Source: Camelus dromedarius
Lineage: Eukaryota
Reading direction: 5' to 3'
Length of the DNA stretch: 64,000 nucleotides
NCBI RefSeq assembly: GCF_036321535.1
Contig: NC_087437.1
Coordinates: 27,592,001 to 27,656,000 of the forward strand
This document shows positions 40,765-54,150 of this stretch, one piece after another; the first letter of the stretch is position 1, and each line of letters starts with the position of its first letter. The translations under genes were made by a program, and so were the position numbers. Under the pieces are notes generated by a model. The model saw nothing but the letters and a program-made list of their open reading frames with translations. It was not told where the DNA came from and ran no database searches.

Positions 40765-41674
40765 AAACATGTCTTTCTTAAAGAATCCGAACTGTCTCTA
40801 GGGGACACAGTCAAGGATAGAGCTAACGAGCAAAGAGAAATCTGCATTGAGGGCCCTGACACATACCCACACAGCGGGAGAAGTGGTTATTTTCAACCAG
40901 AGATGTGAGGAAGGGGCATAGAGGTTCTGGGCCAGGAAGGGTTCACTGAGTAACTGGAATAGTCTACCACCATTTGAGTATTTGCCAAGCAGAGGAACAA
41001 TTCCAAAAATAATAACAGTATTCTTGCCCTTGAAATGTACACACTTAGCATGTAAGTGAAGTATTACAGGACGATATTTTATATGGCTTAATCATGGTGC
41101 TTGTGCCTCCTGTGGACAAGCACACTGTGGAGGAGCCTCTTTGTAACTGCAGGGAGAAACTTCTCCTGGGTGTCGGAGGCCTGTCTGACCCACTCCCCGG
41201 ATGCTTCACATCCAGCATCCTTTTCAGCCTCTAGCTTCAGTTTTCACCAAAGGACTTTCAAGGTAGGGTTTTGTTTTATGTTTTTTTTTAAATCAGCAAG
41301 TGGAATAGAAAAGCAGTAGTGTTCTTTGAATTATGTGTGCAAAAGAATGTGAAAAGGTATTTTAGAGTGGATGTCTTTAGGAATATAAATTTCCCCCTAA
41401 TAAATCTTTTCCAAAATGTTAATGAATGCTCTCAAAAAGCTGACCCCTAGTGGCCGTTTGGTTTCTGTTGCATTCTCTTACTGATACTTCATTCTGCTTA
41501 TGAATAGATCTATGTGGAATTAAAATTGGCACAGTCCTTTCTGTACACTAGGATAATAAAATGTTAGAAAGCATTTGTTCTGATCTTTTTTTCTTTGATT
41601 GCTTAAATTTGATTTCCGGGTAAATTGTCTTTTGAAGTCTTGTCAATAAATAGTCGTTAACTGTGATAAAGTTG

Positions 41675-42676
41675 TCAGCCTAGGGTTATATTATCTGACT
41701 GACTCGTATGATTTTCTTGGGTTGTTGCTGTGGTCTTTCTCCATCTGATACATGGTAGTCTGTCCGTGAATTTTTTACATAGGAATATATATATTAAGGG
41801 ATCCATGCAGATATTAGTTGCTGCCAAAAGGAGAGTTGTTTCTTTAGCTAGAAACAGTTGATTTTGCAATTTACAGTCAGTCTTACTGTTGGTTTGACTG
41901 CGAGTATATGGGACTCTGGCAAAATGGAATGGAGCAAAACACACAAAGAAGACAGCCACGACAACAAATACTTTACCTTCCAGCCTTCTGTTGTTTTTGC
42001 TGTCCTTACTTTTGGACTTTCTATAAGAACTGTATACTTTTTTTGCAATCACCGTGTAAAACAGAAGCATTAGGACAAAAACAGTCCAGAAAATGAACTG
42101 GCATATATAATTCACCACTTCGTGCCATTTCAGCCCCAGAGGCCCCTTTAAGGAGGCACACTTTTTCACAGAGGATGGTGTTGCTTCCTTGTTGCTTAAG
42201 ATCATATTTGGCAGGGAGTTGAGGAACAAAAAGAGCCAGACGAGGGTTGAGACCACTTTTGCAAAAGCAGGTTTTTGTACAAAAAATTTTCCAAAAGGTC
42301 TGATGATCTTGAGGAACCTGTCAAAGGCTATGAGTCCCAGCAGTATGATGCCCACGTACATGGTCTCATAAAAGATGACAGCAGAGAAACGGCACACAAA
42401 CGCTCTGAGTTGCCAGGGTCCGAGGCGTGAGTCAGAGAGGATTTTAAACGGAAGTGTGAGTGTCATTATCAAGTCGGCCACCAAAGTATTTTTGAGGTAG
42501 ACAATGAAGGTGGAGGAGCTGGGGATCTGAATGAACACCCACAGGGCCAGAGTGTTCAGCAGGATGCCGAGGAAGAAAACGACGGTGTAGATGGCGGGGA
42601 GCACCAGCTGTCCTATCCGCATGTCCCTGGGGCACTGCTCAGACCCGTTGAAGCCCTTCATCACTGTGGCATTCAT
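41675..42676 (-). CDS. P2RY13: P2Y purinoceptor 13 (ADP receptor), 333 aa
   Basis: 7TM ORF with [20 protein letters not shown] and C-terminal DNITLG, matching P2Y13. Exon acceptor tttgtaacAG at 42693-42692; ATG context GAAACCATG. Confidence 0.97.
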   Translation of the reverse strand: MNATVMKGFNGSEQCPRDMRIGQLVLPAIYTVVFFLGILLNTLALWVFIQIPSSSTFIVYLKNTLVADLIMTLTLPFKILSDSRLGPWQLRAFVCRFSAVIFYETMYVGIILLGLIAFDRFLKIIRPFGKFFVQKPAFAKVVSTLVWLFLFLNSLPNMILSNKEATPSSVKKCASLKGPLGLKWHEVVNYICQFIFWTVFVLMLLFYTVIAKKVYSSYRKSKSKDSKNNRRLEGKVFVVVAVFFVCFAPFHFARVPYTRSQTNSKTDCKLQNQLFLAKETTLLLAATNICMDPLIYIFLCKKFTDRLPCIRWRKTTATTQENHTSQSDNITLG

Positions 42677-43136
42677 GGTTTCCAGTGTCAGCTGTTACAA
42701 ATAAACACAAACACAAAGGCAAACAAGAAGCATCTCATGATTTCAAAATGCTACTTGTTAAAAATAGACTTCAGGTTTGCAGCATGTTAACATGTTACAT
42801 TTATTCATCACATTAAATCAGTTGAGAAGGCACATGTTTCTGGCTAGAATTTTTAAAGCACATAGAATGTTTTTGGCACTTGTAGCAGTACCATTACTTT
42901 CATAGCCTTATGAAATCCAAATAACAGGTTCTACCCCATTCACAAGTGTTAGTTTTAACATGGCAGTAAAACAAAACCTGTTTAAGAGGCAATTATTCAT
43001 GTCAGATTGCTATACGTTATATAATTTCCTGTGCTCATAATCTGGTTTTTAGAATGCTAACCTTAAAGCATTTTTCCCCCTTGAACATATTCCATCATTT
43101 AGAAGCAAGCCACTCATAATAACAATTGAAATTCAC

Positions 43137-43205
43137 CTTTGTTGGGGAGGGTACTCAGCTCAGTGTCTTCAGATCGAGGTGGTCATTAGTTCAGCTCATG
43201 AAGAT
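43137..43205 (-). other. P2RY13: P2RY13 exon 1 (non-coding here; 5' end uncertain)
   Basis: ATGACCACCTCGATCTGAAGACACTGAGCTGAGTACCCTCCCCAACAAAG|gtgaat, with donor at 43136-43135. Homologous to the recalled human coding exon 1. Confidence 0.8.
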
Positions 43206-43229
43206 TGTGTGAGGCAAATATCGTTCTGC

Positions 43230-43265
43230 TTTCTTATACCAAGTTTCCTTCCTCATTTTCACGTG
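43230..43265 (-). promoter_or_regulatory. P2RY13: Putative P2RY13 core promoter (TATA-like and ETS/PU.1 motif)
   Basis: Minus strand reads GAAAATGAGGAAGGAAACTTGGTATAAGAA just upstream of exon 1. Confidence 0.5.
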
Positions 43266-43699
43266 TACAGTGTGACCCATTAGAACATCTTCATATGCAA
43301 ACCTTTGGGGGATTTTCTAATAAGAAATCTTATATTTCAAATTTATGTCCTGTTAATCTATTATGGCTTGACTAAATCAGTGCAGTTATTTTTATATTTT
43401 CTCATATAATAACTTTTGTGTAGTTTATCTTCTTTGTATACAAGTTCAATGAAATTTTTAGTACCTCTTGTATATAATAATAGGAAGGAGAAATATAAAG
43501 AAAATAGCCTCAAATTATAGGAGAATAAGAGTTAACTCTAAAATCAGACAGAATTATCACCCTGCATCCTTATAGACTGCTTTTTCCAGAAATTTGTGTT
43601 TGTTAGGGGGTGGGTGGATTGTTTCTGTAGACATTTATCGTAGTCTTTTGGTCTTTCAATCTCTGAGAGATAAAATGTTGTATTTTCTAAGAGTTGAGA

Positions 43700-43900
43700 G
43701 CTGTTAGACCCAGGTTTTGGGGGTTAGAATTCTAGATTCACCCCCTTTTTGGGTACTCGATAATAAGACATATGATTGTGTAGCTCTGTGCTTCAGTTTC
43801 CTCCCTGTGTAGTGGGCTTAATGATAGTATATATCTCATAGCATTGTCGAGAGGCTGAAAGTGCCTGGAAGGCGCTGGCTCCCTATAAAGCACGGAAAAC
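43700..43900 (+). mobile_element. MIR SINE
   Basis: ctctgtgcttcagtttcctccctgtgtagtggg...atctcatagcattg core. Confidence 0.6.
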
Positions 43901-44969
43901 TGTTTGCCACTCACTGCTATGGTCAGTGAATTGCAGATTTAAATGGAGATATTCTGTTTCACTTATTAGAAAACTATTTTTGGAAATCTCTTCTGTATTT
44001 GTGATTATATGCAAAGTGCTGAAGACTTCAGGGGTTTCCGCCGTCAGCCTTGGGTCCACTTCTATAACATCTTTGAAAGGATGTAAATTGCCACTTTTGT
44101 ATAGAGAAAGTTGTTGTCTATGAAGAAATGCTTCATCACCAGACAGGTATAGGAAAAGAGGAAATCAGGAGATCTTATGAGGGAATGTGGGGTTCTTGAT
44201 GGTGAGTTTCATTTCAGATTTCTCGCGTGCAAGTTTTACCACAACTTTGGACCAGACTGTGAGATTGACTTGATAGAGAATTTTGGATGACTTAGCTTGG
44301 AATTCTGAGAATTTTAAAATTCCGTATCCCCTTGGACATTTTTTAAAAGGAGGCAATAGGCTGCTTAATAATTTTGGTTGAAACTACCCAATGGTGGCAC
44401 AGTTTGAAAAACTGGTGTTTGACTCGAGTAAGTCAATTCTTGGAATACAGATTCTGGATTTTATCAATGTTAATGGAACATAATTTAGAACATAATATAT
44501 CTCTTTATTTGCTCTAGTAGAGAGTAAAAACAAGCAAACAACAAAGATTAAGTAAAGGGATTGGACCTATTCCATTAAGTATAAATTTCCTGACAGCTCC
44601 GAATCTATTATGTAGATGAAAATTCAGGATAGTTTCAGTTTAAACAAGGGAAATGCTATACAAGACAGTTTCATAACATGAAAACTGGAAATCACATTTT
44701 GGTCAAATTTCAAAATGCCAAAGTGTGGGAAACCTCAAAAGAGGAACTGGTTCATGGTACCATTTCTAGAGTTACAGCAGTATCTTCTTTTACACGGGAT
44801 AGGTTTTAGCATGTTTGACCATAGTCGGTATCCAGCAGATCACTCACCTCTTCACACCCCCGTGCTTTATACGTGTTAGCCAACTTTCCTTTGGTTCAGA
44901 GCGGTGCCGGCACCCACCGTTGAAGGTCTTTCACCCTTGATGGCATATCTTAGGGGCTCTGATGGGCTA

Positions 44970-45560
44970 GGGACACTGCCTCAGGAGCCAGAGTGCCTGC
45001 GTTCAAGTCCTCATTCCAGCTGTACTTTTCCTGTGACCTTGGTCAGGTTATTTAAGCTCCCAATGAAACTACCGTCCCCTCTTAACAATGAAAATAAGTA
45101 GTAGTATTTGCTTTATAGGGTTGTTAAGGGGACAAAATGAGTGAATGTTTACCCAGTGCTTTGAATAATGTCTGTCAAATGGTATGGGTTAGCTTCTTGT
45201 TAGATGAAATTAAAAGTGTACACCTTTGTGTACATCTGTGTGGATAGCTCATGAAAGACAGGAGAGAATCAAAGAAGATACAGTGAAAGGTCCTAGAAAT
45301 TATTCCGATTTGGCAAGCTCCTAAACTAAACATTTAAAATCCTATCAAACTCAAGGGGAATATAGTTAAAACCAATAAAATCACATTAGCTATACTGTTC
45401 TAAGTGGTAATGTGATTTGTATTTAATTCTTACAACAACCCTCCACTTTACAGATGAGAAAATGGAAGTACAGTGGTTAGGCAGTTTGCCCGAAGTCCTG
45501 CAGCCAAAGCCCCCTGCAGACCCATACATTCTGGTTCCAGAGCCCATGCTCAGAACCAGC
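44970..45560. mobile_element. Two MIRs, tail to tail (about 44970-45190 + and 45385-45560 -)
   Basis: ctgtgaccttggtcaggttatttaa...atagggttgtt on +, and acaaccctccactttacagatgagaaaatgga antisense core. Confidence 0.7.
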
Positions 45561-46229
45561 CTCTCTCTCATCTGTTTGCCACAAGCCAGAGACAGGATGA
45601 ATGTGGAACTGTTTACCAAATTTTGGAGTTTTTGAGCTGGGTATTACTAATTGATGAGTGAGGAGGTACACTCAACCTTAAAGTTTCATGGACTTGTGAA
45701 ACTCTTTGGGTCAAAGTGAGGTCCCAGGTTAAAAACATAAATTGGTTCATAGTAGTATGATCAGTAGAGAAATATATAATGAAGAGTCATAAAAATTAAA
45801 AGCCTGCCAAATGAGAATAAATGACTTTTGGCATCCGTAGTCTTCTTCGGGATTTTCCTTTGGATCAGAGTTAATAGTATAAAGTTCCTGTTGCTGTAGT
45901 AACCAGTACTGTGTAAGTAATAGCTGAAAAGATGAGGAAGTATTTGCTTTCATTTGGAATGAAAGTCAAAATGGGAACTCCTTTACTCATAGAAGAGCCT
46001 TTTACTTCCTATTAAAGGGTACCCTGGTACTTTCTCAGATTATATGAAAGTGTTTAAAATCCCACAGTGGATTATAAAAGTGGCAATAATACAAAATAAG
46101 TTATGCAATTTAACATTAACTGTAGTGACCTATGCATATAAATAAATTCTGTATTGGAAAATCTCTTCATATTACTGGAAACAAGAAATTCACACTATTA
46201 TCTGAAACATTTATGTTAATGTCCAGTTT

Positions 46230-46870
46230 CATAATTTTATTATAAAAAGAAAACATGTTTAAAGAATTCAAATATAGACATATATAGTAGAAAGTGAGAG
46301 TTAATCCCCCTTACATGCATACCAATGTGGGCAAATACATGTATATTTACATTTATTGGCATATTGGATCTTTGTTTCATTCTATGTTAATACATCAAGA
46401 TTTGCTATTTTTAGAAAGGTTGTACTATGTAAAGTTACCGTAGTTTATTTAGTTCAGCTGTTACTGATGGGCAGTGAATGTTTTCTCCCCAGTTTCATGC
46501 TATTAAAAACATACTATAGAGCAAATACTTCTCCATACACCTTTGTGTACTTGCCCCAACATATGTTCATATGAAGTTTTCTAGAAGTGGGATTACTGGG
46601 TAAAAATCTATGCATTGAACTGTTGAATGATATTTTCAAAAAGCTTTGCAGAAAGATTGTACCAATTTATAATCTCACTGACTGGGATTATCCAACACTA
46701 TTACTAAAATTCTTTTAGATCAGTTCTAACCTTATAGATGAAAAAAGCCATGCCATGTAAATATAAATTTGTTTATTAGTGAGGCTGTGTATCTTTTCAT
46801 ATTTTTGTTCTGTTTGTATTTCTCCTGGAAATTGATTTTTCTTGCCCTTTCCTCATTTTTTAAAAGAAGT
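46230..46870 (-). mobile_element. Old L1 (L1ME-like) antisense fragment
   Basis: ctagaagtgggattactggg..., ttgtaccaatttat..., ttattagtgaggctg...cttttcatatt are antisense L1 ORF2/3' text. Confidence 0.65.
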
Positions 46871-47097
46871 CAGGCTGTTCCTCTTTACTTAGTGGCTTCT
46901 AAGTGTATTTGCAGATCTTTTGTTCTTGCCAGCATCATTGCAGTTCCACTTTGGGCATCACTAGCCAACAGTGATCACCTGGGTCAGCCGCAGGAATCTG
47001 CAGGTGTTTTCAGTGCAAAGCTTCTGAAGCACCAAGATTCTTGAACAAAGAGTTCGTTTCCTCTGTGGGGCTTTTCTCTCTGTTTTTAGAGTTCTAG

Positions 47098-47424
47098 TCC
47101 ATTGGCTGTCAATTTTCTAAAGAGCCAGGTAGTAAATGTTTAGGGTTTGTGGCCATGCATCTCCGTCACAGCTACTCAACTCTGTTGTTGTGGCGAGAAA
47201 CCGGCCATAGATAAAACCTGAGTGGGTGTGGCTGTGTGCTAATAAAACCTTATGGACACTGAAACTTGAATTTCATATCACTTTAGTACAACGTGAAATT
47301 TTATTCTTCTGATTTTTCTCCCACAAACATTTGAAAATATAAGAGCCATTCATTCTTAGGTCACAGGCTGTACAAAACAGGTGATGGGCTTGATTTGGCT
47401 TGCAGGTTAGAGTTTGGTACAGCT
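47098..47424. mobile_element. MER58B-like hAT DNA transposon
   Basis: aaagagccaggtagtaaatgtttagg...cagctactcaactctg...ggacactgaaacttgaatttcata...aaaacaggtgatgggcttgatttggc; flanked by ctag-containing sites. Confidence 0.8.
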
Positions 47425-48761
47425 GCTCTAGACTGGCAATAACCAGCATCCTTAGGACTTGTTTGCCTCTAAGGCTGTGGACAAGATTACATTTTGTTTA
47501 TCTCATCTTCTGAACCTGAGTCTACCAAGTTTAGTTTCTCTTTTCTCTCTCTCTCTGAAGTTACTGTGAAATGTGGGCTGTATTGTGTATATTAAAATTC
47601 CTAAAGCTAGAGATAGTGACATGAGCTGTGTATAATGAGTGTTCCATAAATACTGATCTCTCAATCTGTCTTAAGGGTTCACTTTGATGTTTGATATAGG
47701 AGTATACACTGTCTCATGTCTTTAAATAAAAACTTCCCAACAGAGTGTGATTTAGAGTTTAATGTAAATTTTTCATATTATATATAAAAATAGATAATTC
47801 TGAACTTTTTACAAACTTTTTCAACAAAAGTATGTATTACCATTAGCTTTTCTGATTTTTTTCTTTCTCTTGTGGAAGTTGTTATCTCAGTGAATAAGTT
47901 TAATCTAACATGACAGATTATGCAGGAGCCTTTGCCCACTCTGCAGGCGGTCTCCTGACACCTCATGTGGTCCTGACATGTGCCTGGTCTTACTCCAGTC
48001 CCTGCCCCCAACGTGGCTGGGTTGGGGGGCTGTCTGCCCTTCGTTTTTCCCCTGTGCAAAATTGGCAGGTCAGGTGAGTTGATCCTTAGTTTCTCTTTTA
48101 GCTCACGTATCCTGGAATTCTTACAGAATGTGCACACTTACTCATATGGCATTAGAGTGAACTGCCTTACTCTATGTGGCAGAAATGGCTGTTGCTTTTG
48201 TCCCAGCGGTCAGTAGAACATGCATCTTTTTTGATGCCTGTCTCTGTGTGCATCACCACCAATGTCCAGTGCTCACCCGAGAAGGAAATGTGGCCGCTCA
48301 AGAATAGATACCCTTTGGAGAGTTAACTGAGTTCAACTTTGTACTGAAATTTAACTCAGCACAACTTGTGGAGGGCTTGGGTAAAAATCCCTTTTTATGT
48401 CTTCTCACATTATGTTTCGATGTTGGTATCTATGCCTTGTGTTTGGCAGTGACCTCTGAGGATCAAAAGTAATTGAAATGAATGATGCCAACTTCCAAGT
48501 GTGTTATATATTTTGTTTACATTAAAAATAATAGGGCTTGTGTGAAGTCAGGCTACATTGTAAGTTTGACATATTTTTTCACTTACATATGAACTAATTG
48601 ATGTAAGATGTCACCTTCAAAGGAGACTGCCCAGTAGCTTGTAATAAAAAGGATGGTGTCGGCAACTGTTCTTTCTTAAATGGGTCTGAGGAGTATATAG
48701 GAGGTGAGTCACGGTATCTCATATCTTTAAAGAAAAATTCCAACGAAGGGTATTTTTAGAG

Positions 48762-48767
48762 TTTAAT
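48762..48767 (-). terminator. P2RY12: Candidate P2RY12 polyadenylation signal ATTAAA
   Basis: tttaat on + strand, about 925 nt past the stop codon. A homologous copy lies at 47758-47763. Confidence 0.5.
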
Positions 48768-49690
48768 GTAAATCTTTTGTTATACGCACAAATGACAAAC
48801 AGATAATTTCAAACATTTTTATCACTTTCCTGTTAATAGTTATGCTATACAACTGCATAATCATATTTAATTTGTTTTTCTCTTAGGGGAAATGTTCATT
48901 AACCTAAGTCACAGGTAGTTTCTAGAAGCTAGTTAATAAAGATAGGTGTTAATAATGGCATTGTATTTACTAAAGTTGTCAAAATATTAGTAAACTGGTT
49001 TTCTCTAGTGTTAAGGAAATACAAGTTTTTGGTATTAGGGTGTCATAAAATAACTTTTAATAACTTTGCTATTTGTGCTCTTTTTTTGGAAAGGAAGTTT
49101 TTAAGCCTCTATCTTCTTAATGAAAAAAAAAATTAGTCTAATCAACTGCCATTTCAATTAGTTTAAATCCCTTAGGTTTTTGCTTATAATTACAAGTTAG
49201 TAGTTACTGCTCTCTGAGTGTCCCACTTAAATTTTTATGAGTATCACCATAGGTCAGCATTGGTTAGGGGTCTGGGGTATATATATACACATGTATAAGT
49301 ATGTATACGTATAATATACTTAGAAGATTTTTATCCGATTTATCATTCTTTCTCAGTTGATTATAAGTTGATAATGGCATTGTGATCAGTAATGTATTTA
49401 AAGAATTACAGTAGATATTGTTGTATGGTTACCCATTGTACCAAAGCTCTACAGGTCATGACTCCTGTGTAGTTTTGCACATGGTATAGTGATTGGATGC
49501 AGTTTGGTTTGCTATACGACTACATGTTAGGTTATCTTCCTACACTTTAAGATTGCTTTCAAATACTGGACCAGTAAGTGAAAATTGTTTCTGTAGTCTT
49601 CTATGATTTGTTTCAAGAGTTACTGTTACTAACTCAGCTAATCCATAGTCAGTGTTAATAGTAACAGATTGAAGTATTACCTCAGTTGAT

Positions 49691-50845
<1,155 letters not shown>

Positions 50846-52456
50846 TCACTGTGGCAGTCAGTAAGAACACAGAAAATTAAATCTGAAAATATTTCATTGT
50901 GGCAAATATTCTATCTGTAGCAAAGTAAAATAATCTGAAGTACGTTATATGAAGTTATGGATCCTTGCATTTCTTAGTTTTTGAATGTTTGCCTCAAAAG
51001 GGACATTTCCGACCTTAGGCAAAAGTGCACACGCAGAAAAACTAGAAGAGAAATATTTGGACTATGGTTTAGTCTTCTCCAGCTTCATTTCCATGCCTTT
51101 AACTTTTTTGGTTCTATTGATAGTCACTTTTCCGACACCATCCTTACTCCTGGACTTCATTTACTCTGGTACCTTCCAAGGGTACTAAGGAGAAGCGACT
51201 GATAATTGCCTATTAGAATTTTAAAATAACAAGTGAAAAGAAATTTGTATAAAATCACTCATGAGAAATTTATTGTTAAATAAAAAACAAATTTTTTTCC
51301 TTTGTAATTGGGAGGAATTATATTCCTGTATTACTCATCAATCCATACGAAAATTGGCCTCACAGAGAATATTCGTTAGCTCCAAATATTTTAACCCATG
51401 TATAACTCATTTCCACCTCTGCTCAGTGTATTTGAAGGTTTTACACGCATTTTCTTGAATATCATTTAGTGCAAATTTTTAAATGGTAAAAAAATAAAAA
51501 ATAAGGAAATGGATTCAGCATGTAGTCACAGATGGCATTCCTCAAAACAGCCCAGGCATACTTTCTAGGTTTTTAGAGTGTTTAATGGTGACTAAAAACA
51601 CTAAAATCATGTCCTTGTCTAGTTCCATAGGTTGTTATACCACAATAAGCAGCTATAAAGAAAACTAACACTTGACTTGAACACATTATCTAGCATCTAA
51701 GTTTTGAAATTTAAAATGAAAAATTGTAAAATTTTATTTCATCGGACCAATGGAATTGATTCTACATAAAATATTATTTCTAAAGAAAGACACAGTAATG
51801 TTAAAAATACAAATATGTAAACTTAAAAAATGCTTCCATGTAAAGGATTTAAATAGTACAGAAATAGCATTAAATTCTCCAAAATGTCAGTGGAATTCTT
51901 TTTTCCATCCTTTAATTATTGAAGGTAAAACAAGTTAGATTCATGTCACAGTATGGCTTCAATATTCAATACCTGCTCATCTGTTTAACTTTGAAAAAGA
52001 CATCTAAACAGACCCCCCAGTATTTGACGCAAGCTCCCTGATTTAACCTTCCTTGCTACTGTTATTTGCCCTTGTACACTCTGTGATAGTTTTGGAAATT
52101 CTACTTTGGGAACGCTCATTTTGCATAGGCTGTAACTTATTTAACAAGTATTCTTGATACTGAGAACTTCAGCTCCCTCTGCCTGTATTTAAATCTCATT
52201 TACACTCAAGGTGAAAGAAGTAAAAACTATTTGAATTTTATTTCCATGTTCTGCACAAATTTTTTTTTGATGAAGAAGTTAAGTGTTATCTTTGACACCA
52301 TTAATGCCGCTTGTATTTTCATTTTTATTCCAAATAAGTGCTTGCACTGACATTGTTATTAAAGATTTCCAACTTTAAGAAAACTTGAAAAAAATATACA
52401 CACACATCATAGTGCAAATACATATACTTGTCAAATACTTCTAGATATAAAGTTAC

Positions 52457-52623
52457 CTGGTTACTCTGTTGATTCTGAAGGATTTGAATGTGTCCAGTAA
52501 ATGGTAGTTAACACAGCCTGCAGAGTGGCATCTGGTATTTTCCTTTTAATATCTTAGTTTAGTTGTTAAGATTCTTTATGACAGAGAATCTGCTGAGTTT
52601 TCATCAGTAAGGTCTTGAGTGTT
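52457..52623 (-). other. P2RY12: P2RY12 5'UTR exon (167 nt)
   Basis: Acceptor tctctccctccatttctctctAG at 52625-52624; donor CAG|gtaact at 52456. Content (...AAGGAAAATACCAGATGCCACTCTGCAGG...) matches the recalled human P2RY12 leader. Confidence 0.85.
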
Positions 52624-53558
52624 CTAGAGAGAAATGGAGGGAGAGAGGAAGAGGACTTCACAATCAGAAGTTACCTTCAAGAGCCGTGGACTCAAAGCTA
52701 TGCAGACACTCTATTTCCGTCTGGCCGCTTTTAGGACTTCTGCTTTTATTTCCCTGGGAAGTGTGGGGCAGGGTGGGTGAGAAGTCATCTTTTAAAAAGC
52801 AGTTTAAAATCTTGCGGCTTTTTACTGAAACCTGCCATAGAGTTCATACTTAGTGAGTTCTTTGGGTTATTTCCCATGCAAATGATAATTCCAAGTTTAG
52901 ACCAAGCCTTTGTCGACATCTGCTTCCTGGAGAAGGTTGCAAACTTGCTTTCTTAGATGGTTATTTACCTGAAAGCACATTGTGCTCAACATTGGGTGAT
53001 ATATTACCTTTGAACAAGTAATTGCATTAACTTGAAATGTGTGTTTGTTAAGGATGTTAAGTCTCTTGCTCTTTGTTTTTTTTCCTAGTTAATAATGTCA
53101 TTATTTTAAATCTGTGTTTGATCAGCTCTTTCTAGGCCACACAATTTCCTCCTATTATAAATTTTAAGATTCTAAAATTACATTAGAAAAGAAAAACAGT
53201 TGTAGCCATGGCCAGGCTTATTATATTGTGTCTTTCTTGCTTTTCTTAATAGAATTTAAATATAAACAAATTATTATTATTTTTTTGACATCGCTTTTGT
53301 TTTGGGGGAAATGTATCTTTAAATGGAGGGATTCTTGTATCACTGTTACCTTTATATAAATATTGTTGTGGGCACTCACGGACGTGTACATACTTGCACA
53401 ATGTTTTAAAGTGTGATGTCCTTCTGTTACCAGTAGATCTGCTTGGGTAGGTGCCTTTGCTGTGAACATATGTTTTGGTTATTTGTTTCTTCTGAGTTTT
53501 TGGTGCGTCTGTGTCTACGTTAGATATACATACCTAACTTATTGTAGAAATACTTCAG

Positions 53559-53736
53559 CAGTGGTTTTTAAAGTACGGAACAGCAGCTCAGCTTCACTTA
53601 GGAAGTCACGAGCAGTGCCCTTTCTTGGGCACCAGTGTAGCACCAGTGGATCAGAAACTCTGGGGTGCACCCCTCATCTGTGTATTAATGGGCCTTCCAA
53701 GTGGTGCTCCTGCACACTGCGGTGTGGAGACTGCTG
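53559..53736. mobile_element. MER5A-like DNA transposon
   Basis: cagtggtttttaaagt ... atcagaaactctggggtg ... gagactgctg. Confidence 0.7.
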
Positions 53737-53959
53737 ATCTACACTGCCTGAGGATTTTGTGGGTTTTTCGAATTTGAAATCAAGCTATGAATTAAGCTGA
53801 TTTCAGTTGGAAATTTTAGTTACATGATGATTCCCATCTGTTAGTCATCTAGAGGTGTCAGTCTGATGAAATACTCTTGGAAAATTAATGTATTTGTTGG
53901 TTGGGAGATACACAAAATAGTTCCTAAAAAAGCTTTTATGCCGTCATACACTTCAGAGT

Positions 53960-54150
53960 AGTAATAGCCAACATCTGGTTTCTTATATTGCCATGAGTTA
54001 ACTCATTTTATGATTTCAACTAGTCTCTGAAGCAGATGTTCATCTTACTTCCCTTCTCCGGATGACAGAAACTGAGGAGCAGAGCAGTGAAGTTAGAGAC
54101 CCTATTCCAGGCCCTGCTGTCTGATCCCAGAGCCTGCACTTGTGACCACT
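53960..54150 (-). mobile_element. MIR SINE
   Basis: Antisense core gatgacagaaactgaggagcagagcagtgaagt. Confidence 0.6.

Noticed and set aside
22000..45560. Inverted MIR pairs as dsRNA or editing substrates
   Set aside because: The copies appear too diverged to pair stably, and such pairs are expected at this MIR density.
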